From a virus (lineage: Duplodnaviria; Caudoviricetes), in IMG/VR virus record IMGVR_UViG_3300020186_000025, positions 1-61,630 of that record: a stretch of 61,630 nt of DNA; one strand, written 5' to 3'. Below, piece by piece: positions 36,553 to 47,200 of the stretch. The notes under the pieces are model-generated. The model did not search any database and was not told the DNA's origin. It saw only the letters and a list, made by a program, of their open reading frames with translations. Both the position numbers and the translations under genes were made by a program. Positions within the stretch are counted from its first letter, which is position 1. The number at the start of each line of letters is the position of its first letter.

Positions 36553-36918
36553 CTAAATTCCCAGAACGGCGCGAGCAGCCCTTCGCCCTGCCAAAACATC
36601 TGCCGGGATTGCAGCGCCGGTTTCGGTTTTGAGATCAAGAAACTTCTGGGTTTCTTTCAGGTATGCTTCCGCCTGCATCCGCTCATCGTCGGCCGCCAGC
36701 TTGGCCGCGATCTCGGCCAGTTCCGCCTTGGTCGGCCCCGGCGGGCGCGTCCGTGTATCCCAGCCCAGAGCCTTGATGTAGTCGGCGGCGCCGTCCACCT
36801 CGGCCTGGAAGGCCGCCCGGTCTTCCGGACCATAGCCTCGGCGGTGGTTTCCGCCCTCGTCGTTCTCCCAGAGGACATTGGCGGTGCCGTCACGCACTTC
36901 CACGGCTTTCAGTTTCAT
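36553..36918 (-). CDS. Putative tail fibre assembly protein
   Basis: Directly follows the fibre; A..YL..T......ETG..IP.DV...R..AR. Confidence 0.65.
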   Translation of the reverse strand: MKLKAVEVRDGTANVLWENDEGGNHRRGYGPEDRAAFQAEVDGAADYIKALGWDTRTRPPGPTKAELAEIAAKLAADDERMQAEAYLKETQKFLDLKTETGAAIPADVLAGRRAARAVLGI

Positions 36919-36919
36919 C

Positions 36920-38290
36920 TCAGGCCACCTTGTAGGTTATGGAAATGCGGAAGTCGGGGGTCGCGCCGAAGTGGGCGTGTGTCAGGGCGGCTGTGCCGGT
37001 CGTTAGAAAATAGAGTAGTGTGAGGTAGCTGGTGTTCTGTAATGGAAACAGTTTCGGGGCCTGCGCATCCGGTAGCGCCAGGCCGCTGCTGAAGCCGACT
37101 TCCCCAGACGTGCTGGCGCCGGACGAGTTGAAGACCACAAACGGCAGCCCACTTATCCGCATTGCCCCGGAACACGCCCCGAGCGAGGTGACGACAATTC
37201 TGGCGGTCACGGTCACGAAGTCACCGACGCGCTGATAAAATCCGGTGGCTGTGGAAAGCGTGGCAAGGTTGGTCCCGTCGCCGAAAGTCGGGGTCCAGGT
37301 GCCGGTTTCGGCCTGCGCCGGCGCTACGACGATCCAGTCGGTGCCGTTATACCGCGCCGCGCTGTCCCGGTCGGTTCTGATCCAGCCCGCGGGCAGCGCC
37401 GCGCCGGTCGGCGTCTTTGCCGTCTTGACGCCCAGCGCGTCGGTGTTGATCGTGGTGGCGCCGGTATTCGCGTTGGTGGCGCGAAATCTGATCTCCAGTC
37501 CCGTGGGAATGGAAGCAAGTGCCAGCCCCGTTGTGATGGTGATCGCATTTGCGGTGCCGCCATAGGTGACATAGGCGGACGGGACCAGGTTGCCCAAGTG
37601 GAAGGCGAGATTGCCGCCGATGGTGGTCCCCGTCAGCAGTGCCAGAATGCCGGTCGCCCGGGCCAGAGAAAGGCCGGAAAACCATGTCGTTCCGTCCGCA
37701 GACACTTTCACGCTAAAGTCGTCTGTCCCTGCCAGCCCCATCTCGGCCCGGCCGGAGAATGCGGTCTGGAACAGTAGGCTGGCGGTGTCGGCGGCGACGG
37801 CCTTGTTGATCTTGACTTGATGTCCAGCCCCATCGTGGTTCAGCAGGATTGCTGGTGAATTGATAGACAGTCTGTTGGTAGCATCGGCTGTGGCTCCACC
37901 GATTCCAATTTCCTGAACGGACAAGTTCTCAGTAGAAAGCGATGGGACCAATAGAGAAATGAGGGTGGCCCATACAGAACCATCGAAACTGACATATTCG
38001 TTCGCTCCTTGGTCAAAGACGTTCCATCCTTCAGAAGGAGTGAAGATGACCCAATTTGTGCCAATATAGACAGCGATTTTGTTGACTTGTCCTGTCCACG
38101 CGCCGGTCGGTGCGGAGCCGATGATGTATCGATCTCCTTCCGTTGGGCTCACAGGTGGAACAGTGGTCGTTCGGTTGAAAACTGTTGGATTGACGAGAGC
38201 GTCCAGATAGCTGATCGCAGAATTGAACGTCAGATACTTCTGCGTTTGAGCAGATTCCATAAGAGGAAGACTGTTAATCGTTGTTGCCAT
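36920..38290 (-). CDS. Tail fibre / receptor-binding protein (DUF2793 N-terminus)
   Basis: LP.....Q.QK..T.N.A...LD, PP.SP.EGDRYI....TGAW.G, FSGRAEMGLAG.DDF..KVS.DG; ETGTWTP..G.Y.R.G..V tip domain. Confidence 0.85.
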   Translation of the reverse strand: MATTINSLPLMESAQTQKYLTFNSAISYLDALVNPTVFNRTTTVPPVSPTEGDRYIIGSAPTGAWTGQVNKIAVYIGTNWVIFTPSEGWNVFDQGANEYVSFDGSVWATLISLLVPSLSTENLSVQEIGIGGATADATNRLSINSPAILLNHDGAGHQVKINKAVAADTASLLFQTAFSGRAEMGLAGTDDFSVKVSADGTTWFSGLSLARATGILALLTGTTIGGNLAFHLGNLVPSAYVTYGGTANAITITTGLALASIPTGLEIRFRATNANTGATTINTDALGVKTAKTPTGAALPAGWIRTDRDSAARYNGTDWIVVAPAQAETGTWTPTFGDGTNLATLSTATGFYQRVGDFVTVTARIVVTSLGACSGAMRISGLPFVVFNSSGASTSGEVGFSSGLALPDAQAPKLFPLQNTSYLTLLYFLTTGTAALTHAHFGATPDFRISITYKVA

Positions 38291-41200
38291 TAGAAGGGAC
38301 TCTGTTTGGTCACTGGTCTTCCCCTACCGATATTGGTAGACATCTGATAAATTCGTGCTTTGAAGTTCGTGGGTGCTCCAACATAACTGTAAGATGCAAC
38401 GGTTGTCGTCACAGTTGTTATTAGCACATCGGCGCTCGTAAGTAAATCGATTTCATACTGCTCACTATCCTCGTTCAAAGGCACAGTTGCAGCATCAAAT
38501 CCTTCACCATTAAATCTCGTTTGTCGTTTCCAAGTGATGAGAACATCAGTAGCACCAGTCTTGAAAAACTGAACATTGGCCACTGGATAAGGAAGTTCTC
38601 CAACGGCTTTTCCAGTGTGAGTTTCAGTTCTGAAGAAAGGACTTGCTGTCCCATAAATGCTTGGACCATATCTCCAAGTGATGGCATCAAGTTTTCTTTC
38701 AGCCGCTATAGAAAGAACATTCGTGCCAGCAGAATTCAAAATCACAAACGGTTGACCAATCGGAATGACTTCCATAATAGGCCAAGTTCCGAGTTGACCA
38801 CGAAACAGTCTAGTCAGATTGTATCTTGCTCCAATAACGAGAGAAGAATTCACAAACTTCAGTATTTCCCAGTTTCCACTAGGAGTCAAGATAGCGATTG
38901 CATTTGCACCATTGCGAACATTCTCTTCAGTTTCGCTGAGAATTTGAAAACTCGTAGACCGAAGATCAACCGATAGAACGTTGCCCTCATCAATGATCTC
39001 GTGCGGTCCAATCTGTAGATCGGCAAACAAAAGCCCCATTTGAGATGGAGACAATATTCTGCCATTGAAACTCAAGTCAGCAGCATCGTTCGTCACTTCA
39101 TAGATATCCACCGAGCGAGGAAACGGAGTTTGGAAAGCCGCCACTCTTGGAGCCCAAGGACGAGGCTCGTCGCCAGTCACCAAAGGAAGATCCATGAAAT
39201 ACAGATTCGTGCTGCCGACTGTTGGGAGAACGTTCGTCGTGTTGCTTTCATAGTTACTGGTTACAGCATCGTAAATTGAGATGTCGATACCATTACCATC
39301 GACCTCAAGAAAGTCACCTTTGGAGATTCCGGTAAAGCGGAACCTTTTGAGACGATTTCCGATAGTTATTGAGAATCCATCGCCTGGATCATATTTGATG
39401 CGATCGTTACTCAAGGCCAACTCGATGCTTTCACGAGCAGCCCATGCCTGTTGAATCATGATCTCAGCGAGCATCTTCACTGCACCAGTCTCAAACACCA
39501 AAGGATATCTTACGTCGACAGAAGACTTGCTTGTCGTTGTTTGACGACTTCCAGTGGCAGTCGCTACTTGATAATCATCGGCAGGGTTGATGAACGACAC
39601 AGAAGAGTTCTGTGGCATCTCTGTCTCTTGGGCTCTAGTGATCTGATATCCAGAACTCTTGTCCCCTCCCTGAGCAACAAGATCTTGAACATCGATCTCT
39701 TCAAATACTGTATATTCACGAAGAACAAATTTCATCTTACCCTGAGACTCGAAGCCATCAAAAAGGTAAGCTGAGAAGAGAGGATCCAAAGCTGATCTTG
39801 GAGAAGATTGATTATCAATTACATAGCCACGAACTATCGAATTCTTACCAATCAGTTCAGTGACGTCAAGATCAGCATCGGTGAATCCAACCCACGCACA
39901 GATCATTTTCACCAACTCTGCCAGCGGGACAGAGCCAGCACGACCATTCAGCCAATGACCGAAAGTCCAGTTGGTAGAGTCCGACCAGATATCGGAACGA
40001 TAGGGAAACGCGGGATAAGGGCGAGCATCCCAAGTCCATGCACACATTTCCGCAGTCGCGATCATACGTATTGGTGAAGTCGGAGAGTTGTCTCTCCAAT
40101 AAGTGATCATTGCTTCGTAATAGGAACGCTGAATTTGATCGTCTCTGTTTCCGTTGGAGAAGTAAGGAATGAAACTTTCAGACGATTTTGGATCAAAGAA
40201 CACGTTCGGTTGATTTGTTCCTTTGTCAATAGTTGGAACACCGAATTCTGAGAAACGAATTCTCTTTGAACTAGCGGCCCAAGAAGTGGGAGACGCTGCT
40301 CTGACTCCTAAAGGGCGAGGACGGTGAGTATTGGACCACCAGTTCCTTATATCTTTTTGACGGAAAATCCAATGCTCGCTGTGAGCAACATCTTGGATCA
40401 CAGTTCTAGTTTGAGTGTTGCGATCTGCTGAACTCGCGTAGAAATAGTCGAAGAGTTCTCCACCCTCGATTTGACCTTTCAGGTAAGCCTGATCGTAGAT
40501 ATATCTTGCTTTTGGATTTCCGTAGGTGTCATTCCCTTCACCAAAATCAAGATGGGATGTTCCATCTCGCCAATCAGAGATAGGAATATAAATGTCTATA
40601 CCAATATGATCACAATCGGCATTCGACCAGATTGCATCCAAAGGAAACAAGACATCTCCAGAGCCATCCTCTGGGCGATGAGAATGATATTCGCTCCAGT
40701 CAGCAGCATACGAAAGTTCTACGTGAGTCATTCCGTAGCTGTCGAAGATTAACCGAACATCGTTGAGAATAGACACAAGAGCGGCTGTTCCAACATAGTT
40801 GCCAGCGTTGTCTCTCACTCTGTTGATACCAACGAGTTCTGTTCCGATGTAGAAAGTCTTGAAGCGTGACGGTGTATCACTCACAGCAGCAGCGGCAGCA
40901 CACAGATGAGCATAGAAGAAAATGAAACGACGATATCCCCAATCACTGGAAGAACCTGAATAGGTTATTCTAGTTCCAGTGTTCGAGAATTGAGTTCTTG
41001 TGACAGAACCCATATAGGCATTCATCTGTGTCGCAGCAGCAGCCGTCTTATCTACAGCGGGTGCCGAAACAGTAATTCTCCCTCTCCATGGGAAAGTCGG
41101 TTGACCAGTTGTCACTCCGTCAGTGTCTGGAAGAGTGTTTCCAGCGACAATGTCCATCAATATAAAAGGATAGAAATGAACATCAAGTTCTGCCGTGTCC

Positions 41201-42300
41201 ATCGTGTATAGAATAGCCTCTGTCACTGACCAATCAGCAGGAGTTCCTCCAAAATTCGGACTTCCACTAGCATCTTCAGAAACGACATCTGCATTATTTC
41301 TATTCAAACCGTTGACAGTCCAAGTGTCCTCGGTCGCCTGTGTGAAACCATAGGAAGAAGATGTATACCCTACTATCCCAGCAGTATAGGAAGAGTTGAT
41401 GGCTGGACCAAACTCTACCTTTGGTTTCGTAGTTCCAGAGCCGAGACGTAGATCATCACCAAACCAAGAGATCACAAGATTCAAACTCGTGACATTCGGC
41501 ATTTGTGACTTCAAATTCTCCATAGACCATACAAAATCAGTTTTGTCTGCACTGAGATTGGTGTTTGAAAAAGAAACTTGGTCATCTATCAAAGTTACAG
41601 TTGGAGTCGTTGCATACGCTTGCTCACCAGTTGATGGGATCAAGTTTACGCTTTGAATTAAATTCTCTAACAAATCTGCTGATGGAGCATATACAGGAAC
41701 ATTGATCTCAGCTGTTATCATCGGAATGCGATTTCCGAATTCTGTGAGATCAAGTTCTTCAAAAACTATGTAAGCAATTCCTCTAAAAGCAGAGGCCGAC
41801 TCTACACCTTCAATTTGTGAGATCTTCGGGTCAACTGTCTGTGTTTCTGATCCAGGGTAGAACCTGTAGACAACCCCGCTGGTCTCCATGAGACGATTGT
41901 CTGCCCATATACGACCAAGAGAAGCACGAGGATTACCCTCGCAGAAAGCGAAAGCTACACTCACGAAATAAGTGTATTCAGTGCTTGTGACTGTTGGTCC
42001 ACCTCCTCCTTTCCCACCTGCGCTTTGAGTAGTAGAGGTGGCCACTTCACGAAAATTCGTGACCCATATCATGTTACCACCAAGACGAGAAGTTCCAAAC
42101 AGTCTCTTTACAGACTGCCCCTCGGAAGACGTGCTGAGATTGATACTCTCAAGCCTTGGTCCTTCTTGGTTGATATTCTGTGGAAACAGCTTGTTGTCAA
42201 TGAAGCTGCCAATCGTCGAAGCTGCCAGAGTCGCCGCGAACAAGGAAAACCCTGTGAGGCTAGAGGCACCAATCGCCGAAGTGAGAAGAAGAGCGACCAT
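38290..42300 (-). CDS. GTA g15-like baseplate/host-specificity ('megatron') protein
   Basis: GPRL, GGKGG, RIWAD, A.RG.AYIVFE.L.L..FGNRIP, GGTPAD, YAADWSEY, WTWDARP.P, RGQLGT. Confidence 0.9.
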   Translation of the reverse strand: MVALLLTSAIGASSLTGFSLFAATLAASTIGSFIDNKLFPQNINQEGPRLESINLSTSSEGQSVKRLFGTSRLGGNMIWVTNFREVATSTTQSAGGKGGGGPTVTSTEYTYFVSVAFAFCEGNPRASLGRIWADNRLMETSGVVYRFYPGSETQTVDPKISQIEGVESASAFRGIAYIVFEELDLTEFGNRIPMITAEINVPVYAPSADLLENLIQSVNLIPSTGEQAYATTPTVTLIDDQVSFSNTNLSADKTDFVWSMENLKSQMPNVTSLNLVISWFGDDLRLGSGTTKPKVEFGPAINSSYTAGIVGYTSSSYGFTQATEDTWTVNGLNRNNADVVSEDASGSPNFGGTPADWSVTEAILYTMDTAELDVHFYPFILMDIVAGNTLPDTDGVTTGQPTFPWRGRITVSAPAVDKTAAAATQMNAYMGSVTRTQFSNTGTRITYSGSSSDWGYRRFIFFYAHLCAAAAAVSDTPSRFKTFYIGTELVGINRVRDNAGNYVGTAALVSILNDVRLIFDSYGMTHVELSYAADWSEYHSHRPEDGSGDVLFPLDAIWSNADCDHIGIDIYIPISDWRDGTSHLDFGEGNDTYGNPKARYIYDQAYLKGQIEGGELFDYFYASSADRNTQTRTVIQDVAHSEHWIFRQKDIRNWWSNTHRPRPLGVRAASPTSWAASSKRIRFSEFGVPTIDKGTNQPNVFFDPKSSESFIPYFSNGNRDDQIQRSYYEAMITYWRDNSPTSPIRMIATAEMCAWTWDARPYPAFPYRSDIWSDSTNWTFGHWLNGRAGSVPLAELVKMICAWVGFTDADLDVTELIGKNSIVRGYVIDNQSSPRSALDPLFSAYLFDGFESQGKMKFVLREYTVFEEIDVQDLVAQGGDKSSGYQITRAQETEMPQNSSVSFINPADDYQVATATGSRQTTTSKSSVDVRYPLVFETGAVKMLAEIMIQQAWAARESIELALSNDRIKYDPGDGFSITIGNRLKRFRFTGISKGDFLEVDGNGIDISIYDAVTSNYESNTTNVLPTVGSTNLYFMDLPLVTGDEPRPWAPRVAAFQTPFPRSVDIYEVTNDAADLSFNGRILSPSQMGLLFADLQIGPHEIIDEGNVLSVDLRSTSFQILSETEENVRNGANAIAILTPSGNWEILKFVNSSLVIGARYNLTRLFRGQLGTWPIMEVIPIGQPFVILNSAGTNVLSIAAERKLDAITWRYGPSIYGTASPFFRTETHTGKAVGELPYPVANVQFFKTGATDVLITWKRQTRFNGEGFDAATVPLNEDSEQYEIDLLTSADVLITTVTTTVASYSYVGAPTNFKARIYQMSTNIGRGRPVTKQSPF

Positions 42301-42714
42301 TCATTTGAACCTGAATTTACCGACAAGTTTTTTACTCCACCAGTCAGTGAATTCCTCTTCTCTTACCATGTGATTCGAATAGGCGTGAATCATGACCTTG
42401 TTTCCGGTGTAGATGGCGCAATGCTTTACAGCAACCGTCGGTCGCATACGAAACATTAAAACCTCGGCTTGCGCAAGGCATGTTACCGCATCAAAGTGTT
42501 TCTTGGCAATAGCCAAGAGCGGGTCATCAGTTCTGTGGTCTCCCCAAGAGGCTGTATAGTTCGGGGCTTCCTCTGGCTCCGACCGCTGGTAATGGGTGCG
42601 CCACACGCCTCGGAGGAGGCCTAGGCAGTCGCAGCCTATACCAATCTCAGACATCTGGTGCATGTAAGGAGTCCCGATCCATTCACGGGCTATCTCTGTT
42701 ATGTGATCACTCAT
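42301..42714 (-). CDS. NlpC/P60 tail peptidase (GTA g14-like)
   Basis: AR.WIGTPY.HQ....G.GCDCLGL.RGVWR, KH, IHAY. Confidence 0.9.
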   Translation of the reverse strand: MSDHITEIAREWIGTPYMHQMSEIGIGCDCLGLLRGVWRTHYQRSEPEEAPNYTASWGDHRTDDPLLAIAKKHFDAVTCLAQAEVLMFRMRPTVAVKHCAIYTGNKVMIHAYSNHMVREEEFTDWWSKKLVGKFRFK

Positions 42715-43585
42715 TGAAAATGCTTTGACCAGTTTGCGATCCGTCTCTCAAAGCATACTTAGTGAGATAGTCCGAACCAGGAATGAAATTGAATCCACGA
42801 AAATTGATGATGTTGGAGAACTTTGAAGCGCAGGTCGTGTCATACTTGTTGCAGCCAGCGATGACATCAAATGTGTCATTGATCGCGATATTGAAGGGTG
42901 GCTGATCCCAGAGGATTAGCAGTCCTAGTTCATGTCTCTTGACTTCGAACTTCAACCCATCGTTCGCTCCACTGGTGAATTCCAGAAGTCCAAAAGTGTA
43001 ATATCCACTCACATCGTTTGAGAGTCCAGTGACAACCATCTGGCGATTTTCAACCACACCTGAGACTGTCCCAGAACTGTCGAAAGAAGCCGTGTTTGCT
43101 CCACAACGAGAGTCACCGAATATAGCATCACAAGTTCTTGAATATATCCGTCCAGTGATCTGTTGAAGTCTCTGGCTCTGCGAACGCAATTCAGCATCGA
43201 AGGCGAGTTCGCCTCTTTTGACCTGACCAAGATTTCCCTTGCTGAGAAGGACTCTCTGTGAGACGTCTTCGAAGTTCACCCAATAGAGTTCCACTTGGGC
43301 ATCATCGTATCTGCCAGAAGCGAGATCGTCTTCGTTGATAGTGTCGCTGCTCAAGGCACCTTCGACGTTGAGATTATCGGCAGATAGACCAATACTTGAA
43401 TCTATCTTTGTTGCAGTAAATCCAGAGTCTGCCTCAAACGTAACAGAGTCGAAAGTCAATGGAACATCATGCTCAGTGAAACCCTGGACAACTCCGTCGA
43501 GTCGAGTGACTTTCCAACAGTGAGCCATCGTTATTTCACGAGTATCAAGATGAGCCTGTAATGCAGAAGAGACTAGCTTGCTCAT
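42707..43585 (-). CDS. Baseplate hub (GTA g13-like, DUF2163/BR0599)
   Basis: CW...R.DG...GFT.HD, C.A..GD..C, GC.K...TC..KF.N..NFRGF..IPG.D. Confidence 0.9.
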   Translation of the reverse strand: MSKLVSSALQAHLDTREITMAHCWKVTRLDGVVQGFTEHDVPLTFDSVTFEADSGFTATKIDSSIGLSADNLNVEGALSSDTINEDDLASGRYDDAQVELYWVNFEDVSQRVLLSKGNLGQVKRGELAFDAELRSQSQRLQQITGRIYSRTCDAIFGDSRCGANTASFDSSGTVSGVVENRQMVVTGLSNDVSGYYTFGLLEFTSGANDGLKFEVKRHELGLLILWDQPPFNIAINDTFDVIAGCNKYDTTCASKFSNIINFRGFNFIPGSDYLTKYALRDGSQTGQSIFNE

Positions 43586-44217
43586 ATGCGAATCTCCATG
43601 ATGCTCAAATCAGGAACTTGTCCAGAGTCGAAGAGTTCCACATTCACGAGAATTTCATCTTGATCGAAACGAACTGGCACATCGAATTCGAAACCGGCAG
43701 TCACTGACAAAGTGTTCCCTGGAGCAACGAGGAACGTCACCAAGCCGGTTGTCGTGTCAACAGTGAAGTCAGTCGTTATTGTCTTCGCAACCCCATTGAT
43801 CGCAACTGTCAGACTCCCAACCACTGGTTTCTTGATATCTCTGACATAAGGGCTTGAAGATGAGGAGTATTGTTTCGTCAACTGAAAGACAGTTTCTACA
43901 CCATCACCAGTTCCAATTTGTTGATCAGCATTAGTGATTGTAGATGTTGGTGAACCAGATTTGAAGTCTGACCAATCTTTCCAACGAAATCCGTGAAGTC
44001 TACCACGACGCGCTTCGAAGAATTCAATGGCTTCATAAAGATGATCCATATGACGAAGGCCGAGTCCAGCATTGTATGAACGTCGAGAATTAGCCCAAAG
44101 AGAGTTGCGGAACTCAAATCCTGAACGAAGGGTCACTACGTCTGTGAGACGACGAGGGCCACCGCTTGAGCCACGACTGATGTCGCTTGGAAAAAGAACT
44201 TCATGAAAAGCCATCAC
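43582..44217 (-). CDS. Distal tail protein (GTA g12-like, DUF2460)
   Basis: FHEV.FP..IS.GS.GGP, FFEARRG.L.GFRWKDW.D, AGFEFDVPVRFD. Confidence 0.92.
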   Translation of the reverse strand: MMAFHEVLFPSDISRGSSGGPRRLTDVVTLRSGFEFRNSLWANSRRSYNAGLGLRHMDHLYEAIEFFEARRGRLHGFRWKDWSDFKSGSPTSTITNADQQIGTGDGVETVFQLTKQYSSSSSPYVRDIKKPVVGSLTVAINGVAKTITTDFTVDTTTGLVTFLVAPGNTLSVTAGFEFDVPVRFDQDEILVNVELFDSGQVPDLSIMEIRI

Positions 44218-47200
44218 ATGTTCCTTCTACCAGAACTGATCATACGAGCGGCCCGAGCGGCAAGCTGACTTTGACTTGCTTGGAACGATTGTGCATCGGG
44301 AGTGGTTACGTTGAAGATCACAGTCGTTCCTGCACTACCACGACCGCCGCCGGGCTCTTGACCACGAGGAGTGATTTCAACATGCTCACCATCTTTCAAA
44401 CGAAGCGGAACAAGACGATTGTCATGACCTGTCAGCCCGCCGAAGCCTGAACTCGGTCCCACTTGGAAGCTACCGCCAGCCGCTGCTCCTGGGATAGCAG
44501 CCGCTCCAATCCCGAATATTCTGTCAACGATGCCACCGAGGAAACCTGAGAAGACTTCAAAGAGACCTTTCTTTTTGCTACCTCCCCCATCAGTTCCTGC
44601 TTCACCACCAAACAACTGTTGAAAGGCTTGAGAGACAACAAGCTGAATTATCATTTTGTTGATATTGCGGATCAAAGAGCCGAAATCTGCTGTTCCATCA
44701 ACAACCAGATCAGCGATCGCAGACGACATACCATCAAAGGCAGTCGTAATGATATTCTCCATTTGCGAGGCTGCATCAGAAGTCTGCTCGATGATTTTGA
44801 GGAACCCTCTCTCGAAACCTGCTTGCATCGTAGTTTGGCTTTCAAGGAACCGAATACGAGCAGAGAGCACAGACTGAGAGAACTGATCTTGATTAACAGT
44901 TCCTTCTTGCAGCAGTTCATTGAGAACTTCCATTTCCATGGTATAAGTTCTCAATGGCTCCAGAAGAGAATCTATAATCTCCAGTTTTCTTTCCATAGCT
45001 TTGGAGATTTCTTCAACAGTCTTAGCAGCGCCACCAGAGCCACCAGTTCCACTTCCAGAAGAGAGAGCATCGAATTCTGCATTTACCATAGCAAGTCTCT
45101 GCTGATATTGAGCAGTGACGTCTGCAATTCTCGAAGTCGCGTCTTCACCGGTCTGCAGAGTTGCGATCAATTCGTTGTAACGACGAGTTTCAGTTTCAAT
45201 AGCACGAGCACGATCGTCAAGAGCACTGAGAGCACTGTCATCAGTGTATTCCTTGAAAGCCTCGTTCGCATTTCTTTGAGCAGAAGCAGTTCCATCGATC
45301 TCTGAACGAGCGAGAGCATAGGTCTCTTTCAAGCGACCTATCTGTGTTGCATAGTTGTCGATGGAGATGTTTTTAGCGTTGAGTAGTTGATCAAGTCCAC
45401 CAACTCCGCTTTGGAAAGCACTCTGGGCTTCCAGCAATTGATCAGCAACATCTTGAGCAGCAGCAAGTTCAGGAACAAATCCTGCCAAAGTTCTGAGAGC
45501 ACTGATTGTCGCCATTGCAGCACCACCGAGACCACGAATACTCGATGCAGCAATATTCGCACTTCCAGAAAGCCCAAGGAGAGCCCGATCTGCACTCCCA
45601 GCAACTCCTCCGAGAACTGCAAGGATCGCTCTCAAACGTTCTGTATCTTTTCCAGCTTCATCAGAAGACCTGGACAATTCAATCGCTTCAAGGGCAATGT
45701 CGCCGAGGACTCCGCCAGTTGTTGAAGCAATCTGCAACAAGGCCAGACGAAGTTGATTCCCATTCGTTGTTCCATCTTGGAGACCAGCAATCAAAATTAG
45801 AAGTTGAGCAGCACTAGCTGCTCCAGCAGAGCCAGTCGACTGGAGACGATCAGCAAGTCCGGAGAGAACATCACTGAGAGATTGAGCCCTCTGTTCAGTG
45901 TTCAGCAGTTGAACACCAAGCAAGGCAGATACATCGGAGATAGAAAGACCAGTAGTCTGTTCGTTCAATTCTTCAAATTTTTCACCGAGACGTGCGAAGG
46001 CATCCGTCATAATCTTCACAGTAGCATCAACTTCTGCACTGGTCTGTGAGAAGCGATTCTCGTTTGCAAGACGATCAAATTGATCGTTGATCGCTTTCAG
46101 CCTGTCAATATAAACATTTGAAGTCCCTGTAAACAGATCGACTGCCGCATTGTTCTTTGTCAACTCAGCAGTGACATCAGCAAAGGCTTCTTCTTCACGT
46201 CGAAGTGCTTCTTCACGACGAGTGAGACCAGCCTCGAGGTCCGATCTGTTGATATAAGAATCATAAGCAGAAGTGGCTTTCTCAATAGCCTCAGTCGTTC
46301 CATCGATCACAGCTATTGCAGCTATCAATCGCTGACCGAGAGTTTGCGTGGCATCTGAGAAAGTAACTTGTGATATCTTGCCTTCTGTCAATTGGGTGTT
46401 CAAGATTGCAAGACCAGCTTTGTAGATGGCGGTCACTTTTGCGATATCTTCTTGAACCTTAGCTGCTCTTTCAAATTCTGGAATGAAGTTGCTTATCGCT
46501 GCAAGAGCATCTCCAAATGTATCTATGTCTTTCACAGCCGCCGCGATTGAGCCACCTGCCTCACCAGCAGAGATACCGAGACGTTCGAGAGCGGCAGACG
46601 CTTCTGCCTCTGTTCCAGTGATAACTGTCAATACGTCTTGAAGACGATTCAAAGACTCTACAGTCGATCCAGTATCTCTTGATAACTTTATCAAGTTAGT
46701 TATCAGCGAAAGTGTGCCTGGGTCATTTCCGACCGAGATATCGGAAAGTTCATCTCTGAATTCTTCGAGATTTAAGGTTCCATCTTTAAGATTTTCAAAG
46801 ACTTCGTCAAGGAAAGCAGTTAGTGCTCTTGGGTCAATTCCGACCGAGATATCGGAAAGTCCATCTCTGAATTCTTCGAGATTTAAGGTTCCATCTTTAA
46901 GCTTTACTGAGGCTTCGTCAAGGAAAGCAGTTAGTGCGCTTGGGTCAATTCCGACCGAGATATCGGAAAGTCCATCTCTGAATTCTTCGAGATTTAAGGT
47001 TCCATCTTTAAGCTTTACTGAGGCTTCGTCAAGGAAAGCAGTTATAGGACTCTCTCCTGAATACTCTTTGAGAATTACAGAAACAGAGAATAGTCCTCTG
47101 CCGAAGCTTCGCATAGAGTCTGCTGCAATATCTGCCTGCTCAGTGATTTGAGTAAGAAGTTCGATCTCAGTAAACCCGAGAAGACCTTCTGTGACATCTT

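Noticed and set aside
42420-42660. Possible further TC/GA-free island and a regular ~7-kb island spacing
   Set aside because: Only partial depletion here; the periodicity is not supportable without computation
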